From positions 1 through 11,308 of the forward strand of contig JBIKWF010000128.1 in the NCBI GenBank assembly GCA_044356455.1: 11,308 nt of DNA, given 5' to 3'. Positions 6,843 to 11,308 of the stretch are shown one piece after another. The stretch's first letter is position 1; each line of letters begins with the position of its first letter. A program made the position numbers and the translations under genes. Origin of the DNA: Bdellovibrionota bacterium. GTDB taxonomy: Bacteria > Bdellovibrionota_C > UBA2361 > JBGSMV01. The notes beneath the pieces are model-generated. The model was not told where the DNA came from, made no database searches, and worked only from the letters and a program-made list of their open reading frames with translations.

Positions 6843-8411
6843 TCATGAGGCACTACGTGCCTCAGGTACCACGCTAGATTCCCCCGAAAGATAGCGCTCT
6901 ATTGTGCTCAGCGCCCGAAAGCTAAGGGCTTCGGCGACATGAGCTGATGCGATAGCCGGCGCCCCTGCGAGATCTGCAACGGTGGCTGCAACACGCAGCA
7001 TGCGCACAAAGCCACGCGCGGTTAACCCCAAACGCCTTGACGCATGCTCAAGTAAGGCAATTGCCTCCGGTTTAATTTCAAGATGCGCTCGTAGCTGCTT
7101 CGCTGAGAGCATTGAATTGAGCATCCCCTGCCGCTCGAATTGGCGCTGCTGCGCCTCTGCAATTTGAGCTTTCAGAGCCCGCGCTACGCCTTCACATGCC
7201 GCGGTTTCTGGAGCAAGCATACGCTCTACTGGCACCGGATTAAGCTCTACCTGAAGATCGATTCGGTCAAGAATTGGTTGCGATAACTTTTTAAGGTAAT
7301 TCTGAATTGAAGTACGCGAACAAAGGCACGTTTCTTTTTTATTCGCCTGCCGCGCGCCCAATCGACCACAGGGGCAAGGATTCATAGCAGCAATGAGCTG
7401 AAAGCGCGCAGGGAATGTGACACTTCCGCTTGCTCTCGCGATAGTTACGGTTCCCGCCTCAAGCGGTGCGCGAAGAGCTTCAAGAGCCGAGCGCCGATAT
7501 TCTGGAAACTCATCAAGGAACAGAACGCCATGGTGGGCAAGCGAGATCTCACCCGCTCGAGGATGCGTTCCCCCACCAACAAGCCCCACTTCGGAGATAA
7601 CATGGTGGGGCGCTCGAAAAGGCCGCTCTCCCAGAAGAATCCTCCTGAGCGGTTGACCAGCGCTACTGTGGATGCGCGCCGTTTCTAAGCTTTCAACTTC
7701 CTGCAAGGGCGGAAGCAGAGACGAGAACCGCTGCGCCAACATGCTCTTTCCGCAGCCCGGCGGACCCACCATCAAGACGTTGTGCCTGCCTGCCGCCGCT
7801 ACGACGAGGGCTCTTTTCGCGGTTTCTTGCCCCCAGACTTCGGTAATATCGGGTGCTTCACGGGGCGCCTGCTCTGGCACCACACGTACAGGCTGAGGAG
7901 GTGCACCTCCTGAGAGCCAGGAAACAAGCTCCCGAAGAGAACTTACTCCGACAACCTCCAAATCCCTTACCAAGCTCGCCTCTCCTACATTTTCTCGAGG
8001 CAGAACAAGGGTACTCATCCCTCGTTCCCGCACTCCGAGAGCGCAGGACAGAGCACCTCGAACCGACTTCACCTGTCCATCGAGGGAGAGCTCTCCAAGA
8101 AAACACTTTCCTTCAAGCATGCTCCGCGGCAACGCGCGCGCTGCCGCAAGAACCCCAAGAGCAATGGGCAGATCAAACCGCGCTCCCTCTTTTTTTATCT
8201 CAGCGGGCGCCAGATTGACGAGAATGACGCTCGGCATCTTGAAACCTAAGTGAGAGAGCGCTGAATACACGCGGTCCCGCGCCTCGCGGATAGCAGCATC
8301 AGCGAGGCCTATAATAGTGAAATTTTGTTTTCCCTCACGCACTTGGACTTGAACGTCGACCGGAATTGAGTCAATGCCTGTTACGGTGGAACTCTGAACG
8401 CGAACCATCAT
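6843..8411 (-). CDS. comM: ComM/YifB family Mg-chelatase-like AAA+ ATPase
   Basis: IIGLADAAIREARDRV, VNLAPAEIKKEGARFDLPIALG, GELSLDG, Walker A GPPGCGKS, RPFRAPHH, GEISLAHHGVLFLDEFPE, AAMNPCPCG, LDRIDL. Likely start at ATG 8411 or 8408 (MMVRVQSSTVTGI) after a purine-rich RBS, not 8525. Confidence 0.95.
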   Translation of the reverse strand: MMVRVQSSTVTGIDSIPVDVQVQVREGKQNFTIIGLADAAIREARDRVYSALSHLGFKMPSVILVNLAPAEIKKEGARFDLPIALGVLAAARALPRSMLEGKCFLGELSLDGQVKSVRGALSCALGVRERGMSTLVLPRENVGEASLVRDLEVVGVSSLRELVSWLSGGAPPQPVRVVPEQAPREAPDITEVWGQETAKRALVVAAAGRHNVLMVGPPGCGKSMLAQRFSSLLPPLQEVESLETARIHSSAGQPLRRILLGERPFRAPHHVISEVGLVGGGTHPRAGEISLAHHGVLFLDEFPEYRRSALEALRAPLEAGTVTIARASGSVTFPARFQLIAAMNPCPCGRLGARQANKKETCLCSRTSIQNYLKKLSQPILDRIDLQVELNPVPVERMLAPETAACEGVARALKAQIAEAQQRQFERQGMLNSMLSAKQLRAHLEIKPEAIALLEHASRRLGLTARGFVRMLRVAATVADLAGAPAIASAHVAEALSFRALSTIERYLSGESSVVPEARSAS

Positions 8412-8567
8412 GGAAACACCCTTCCCTCTCCTTGACGCGAAAGGCGCTGAAGTGTTTTTCAGCGGCTTCTTTAACGGCTCCTTCGGTATTTCAAGCAATA
8501 GCCGTCGGAACCTGCTCATGCACAATTACTTCGTGGGGACCGGCGCCTTGAAATCGCTAAATTCTGC

Positions 8568-8770
8568 GGAACCTCTGAAAAACCTGGAAAAGTAACTTTT
8601 CTGTCCTGTTTTCCTCCGCGTACACTGCGTCCCCGGCTCCGCCAAAGCTGCGCCGCGACCGCACTTAAGCCTGGCTCGGCGCAGCCGTAAGGCGTAGACG
8701 GCTCCGCGTTATTCAATAGTTTTCAAATAACGCGAAGTACGCGGAGGGGAAGTTTTTCAGAGTAGGCTCC
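8568..8770. mobile_element. Degenerate element with IS-like terminal inverted repeats and a branched-hairpin core
   Basis: GGAACCTCTGAAAAAC (8568-8583) vs GTTTTTCAGAG[TAG]GCTCC (8752-8770): 11-bp exact match plus 4/5 after a 3-nt insertion. Core closed by CCTCCGCGTAC/GTACGCGGAGG (8613-8623/8737-8747). Confidence 0.5.
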
Positions 8771-8842
8771 CTAAATATCCCGCTGACCGTATTCGTAAGA
8801 ATTCAGCCAAAGTTTCCTTGTCACTGCATTTTGTTCTGCTAA

Positions 8843-8953
8843 GGAGTCTGTCCCGTAAAAAATTTCTACCACTACATGTTGTGGGGGCAACGGGACAGCC
8901 TACCTACGGAGTGTGTCCAAAATGAATAATTATTCCTCTACGGGACACACTCC
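8843..8953. mobile_element. 111-bp MITE-like element, copy 2 (inverted relative to 2005-2115)
   Basis: GGAGTCTGTCCCGTA...TACGGGACACACTCC ends, flanks CTAA and TAG. 12 substitutions and no gaps vs copy 1. Confidence 0.8.
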
Positions 8954-9105
8954 TAGCCGGCAATCTTCTCAAACCCGAGAAAGTGCTGGTGAGAGGATGG
9001 CTCAGAAGATGCATATACCCTGAGGAAGCACTCCCAAATACTTGCAACCCCTTGAAATCTATAGGGGCGGCAAGATCGCATCGGGCGCGAGGAGCAGAAT
9101 TTTCT

Positions 9106-9858
9106 ATGGCCAAAGAAAAAGTTGCCGAGCTAGTCCTCGATCCCACCAACATTTGGGACTCCATTCCCCCCGAGGAAAAGTTCGAGATGCTGGCGAAGGC
9201 TCAGGCACGCGGAGTTGGCGCCGCCATAATGCTCATTATGGTTGGCTGCACTCTTGCGATAGGTTTTCGATTCGACGTGCTCATGTGGGGGGCACTTCTC
9301 ATTTCACCGCTCCTTTTTCAGTTCGTTGCCGGGAAGGCGTGGCGTGACATGCGCCCGCCTATGCTCCTCGAGTACCTTGCCGCAAGGTCTGCTGCTCGCC
9401 GCTATGCCTTTGCCAACAAGTCCCAAGACCTTGGACTTGTCCTCATTTTTAAAGGGGAATTCGAACCACTTGCCGCCACTGCCGAACTTGAAGAAACTTT
9501 TGGAAGAGCGTTTGGAGCAATTACGGGATGGATTGCGCTCTTTAACGATTGCGTGGTTGTCATAACAGAGAGACCAGGAGGCGCAGAATGCCTCTTCGCC
9601 CAGATCTTAAATGACAAAATCGGTATTGAAGGGCGAAGCGAAAGCGGAGAAGAGTACGCCAACGACCGCGAAGTTATCATCACCTACCAAACGAAACGCG
9701 GCGACCAGCGCCGAATCAAGCTCACCAGCCGGTACCCCGCAGCGCTCGTGGTCTTTGAGAAGAAGGCTCAGCAGCTGATAAACGTCTGGAAGAACCGCAT
9801 GAATATCGAGGCATCAGCCTCAAGCGAAGATGAGCCGACGCTCGGATGGAAGGAATAG
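9106..9858 (+). CDS. Hypothetical membrane protein (two N-terminal TM helices plus soluble beta-rich domain)
   Basis: 250-codon ORF from ATG 9106 with GAGGAG at 9089-9094. Hydrophobic segments GVGAAIMLIMVGCTLAIGF and VLMWGALLISPLLFQFVAG. No recognised family motif. Confidence 0.8.
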   Translation: MAKEKVAELVLDPTNIWDSIPPEEKFEMLAKAQARGVGAAIMLIMVGCTLAIGFRFDVLMWGALLISPLLFQFVAGKAWRDMRPPMLLEYLAARSAARRYAFANKSQDLGLVLIFKGEFEPLAATAELEETFGRAFGAITGWIALFNDCVVVITERPGGAECLFAQILNDKIGIEGRSESGEEYANDREVIITYQTKRGDQRRIKLTSRYPAALVVFEKKAQQLINVWKNRMNIEASASSEDEPTLGWKE

Positions 9859-9865
9859 CTTGCTC

Positions 9866-9893
9866 TTGTCCCTAGACTCCCGCTTGGTAGTAT
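9866..9893 (+). promoter_or_regulatory. Putative extended -10 promoter for the AMIN-domain gene
   Basis: TTGTCC (9866-9871), 16-bp spacer, TGg-TAGTAT (9885-9893), 6 nt before ATG 9900. Confidence 0.4.
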
Positions 9894-9899
9894 GAGCGG

Positions 9900-11168
9900 A
9901 TGCGGCATACTCGATTAAGACCCTCCTTATTCTTTTCTTTTAGAAGCGCCCTCTGCGCTACTCTCCTGCTCGCGCTGCCCCTGTCCCCCTTTATAGAGGT
10001 GCATGCAGAGAATTCCGAGCAGCAGACGTCAGAGAAACAACCTCCACAGACAGTACCTGCGCCAAAATCGGCCCTTAGCAACCGTACGGTCTCTGTGCCC
10101 AATTCAGCGCCCCATTCTTTGACAAAGTCCCTTGTCACCTACCGGGGAACTTCTTCACTTGTGGGAAACATTGATGCTGAAATGCTCTCTCAAGGGGTTG
10201 CCCAAGTGAGTGTAACCTCCGACGCAAGTAGGGAGGCCGCTGTCTTTACCGTAGACAACCCTGCGCGCCTCGTAGTCGATCTTCCATTTCAGGGGAGCCG
10301 CGCCCACGCACTAAGAAAACCAGCACGCATAGAAAGCGCGACGAATGAGCTGCTTGCCGCCGTTCGCATTGCAGCTCACGACACAAAAGTAAGAATCGTC
10401 TTCGATTTACAGGGCCCTACTGCGCCCCCTTATTCTATTGAATCGCGCTCAAAAAAACTCACCATTCGGCTCGGAACAGGCGTGACTGGGAAATCCGCGA
10501 GCTCCGCCCCGCCTAGCCTGAGCCAGCCTCCCCAGAGGACCAAGGAGCCGTCTAGTGTACCAACGACGCCCCAGCCCTCATCACCTGCAAAGCTTGTGAC
10601 CACTCCTACGAATCAAATAGAAGCGCTAGCTCCTGCTTCCACGCCTATCCCAACTCCCATGCCAACTTTGGCGCCGCCGCCTACCTCAATTCCTACGGCT
10701 ATTGCCACCACCAAGGCTCTGGCAGTAAAGACAGCGCCAGCGCTATCTCCCACAGAAAACACGCCTGCTGCTCCCGCGACGAGTGCTCCACAGAAAGTAA
10801 CGAACTCGCAAGCGCTCTCTCAGACTGAAAAGGTTGAGATTATAGAGGGCCCAGCACTGGTAGGGATCTTGTTTCCGACTCACTCTGCAAGCGAAGCGCC
10901 TACCGTTCGACTTACCCTTAATCATCGTCCACGCTTTCGGCTTGGGCGCAGAAACGAGCAAAGCTACCGCCTTAGAATCGAAGACTGCGCTCTTGCCACT
11001 GAGCGCGTGGGATTACCCTTTTTCCCACCGCAAGACTTTGTGGGATTTACCATGATTCAAGCTTCACAAGTGGGAAGTGCGGTTGAGGTTATTATTGGCG
11101 CAGATCGGGGAACTCGAATAACTGCAACGCCTGACGACAGTGATATATTATTACGAGCAAACCGCTAA
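9900..11168 (+). CDS. Exported AMIN-domain protein with Pro/Thr/Ser-rich linker
   Basis: Signal peptide ending near VHA. AMIN hallmarks VFTVDNPARLVVDLP and VRIAAHDTKVRIVFDL. About 120-aa P/T/S/A-rich linker, then a C-terminal beta-rich domain (YRLRIEDCAL...VEVIIG) that may be a divergent AMIN. No amidase or secretin domain. Confidence 0.8.
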   Translation: MRHTRLRPSLFFSFRSALCATLLLALPLSPFIEVHAENSEQQTSEKQPPQTVPAPKSALSNRTVSVPNSAPHSLTKSLVTYRGTSSLVGNIDAEMLSQGVAQVSVTSDASREAAVFTVDNPARLVVDLPFQGSRAHALRKPARIESATNELLAAVRIAAHDTKVRIVFDLQGPTAPPYSIESRSKKLTIRLGTGVTGKSASSAPPSLSQPPQRTKEPSSVPTTPQPSSPAKLVTTPTNQIEALAPASTPIPTPMPTLAPPPTSIPTAIATTKALAVKTAPALSPTENTPAAPATSAPQKVTNSQALSQTEKVEIIEGPALVGILFPTHSASEAPTVRLTLNHRPRFRLGRRNEQSYRLRIEDCALATERVGLPFFPPQDFVGFTMIQASQVGSAVEVIIGADRGTRITATPDDSDILLRANR

Positions 11169-11308
11169 CCTGGTCTGCTCACGGCCCTTCCGGGCCGAGA
11201 GCAGACCAGGTTAGCGAACGCCCGGACGGCGTTCGCAAATCGCGACCAAAGGAAGCGATTTGGAGCCCCCTCGTAGTTCGACACTCTGTCGTGGCGAATG
11301 GAGAGGGG
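11165..11308. repeat. Multi-hairpin dispersed repeat, copy 2 (truncated by window end); first hairpin overlaps the stop codon of the AMIN gene
   Basis: Reverse complement of 1862-2005 with 4 differences (11168, 11211, 11249, 11253). Confidence 0.92.

Noticed and set aside
8412..8525. 38-aa N-terminal extension of ComM (and the similar 41-aa extension of the ORF starting at 8983)
   Set aside because: ComM family similarity starts at MMVRV, and both downstream ATGs (8411, 9106) have RBS-like sequences.
1862..11308. Composite transposon or invertible segment bounded by the inverted repeat copies
   Set aside because: The enclosed genes are housekeeping and there is no recombinase. Two inverted copies are expected for abundant dispersed repeats.

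Overview
Bacterial chromosomal window, probably from a deltaproteobacterial/Bdellovibrionota-like organism (inference from gene style only). The coding backbone is ordinary: a secreted S8 subtilase running off the left edge (missed by the ORF track), rocD, asnS, tRNA-Pro(TGG), an orphan PilP-domain gene with an extra pseudopilin-like domain, comM/yifB, a 2-TM hypothetical protein and an AMIN-domain protein. The interesting content is intergenic. (i) A 212-bp cassette (5556-5767) has perfect 35-bp inverted repeats enclosing an internally deleted GxxExxY-family nuclease gene, and a gene-less hairpin of the same 9-nt-periodic type lies at 1617-1698. (ii) A 111-bp MITE-like element occurs twice (2005-2115, 8843-8953). 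(iii) A multi-hairpin repeat occurs twice with a compensatory base-pair change (1862-2005, 11165-11308). (iv) Two ~200-bp segments share IS-like terminal repeats but carry different structured cargo. (v) A 17-bp minisatellite follows the tRNA. No transposase, integrase or CRISPR array is present. All family calls come from motif recognition by eye, not from database searches.
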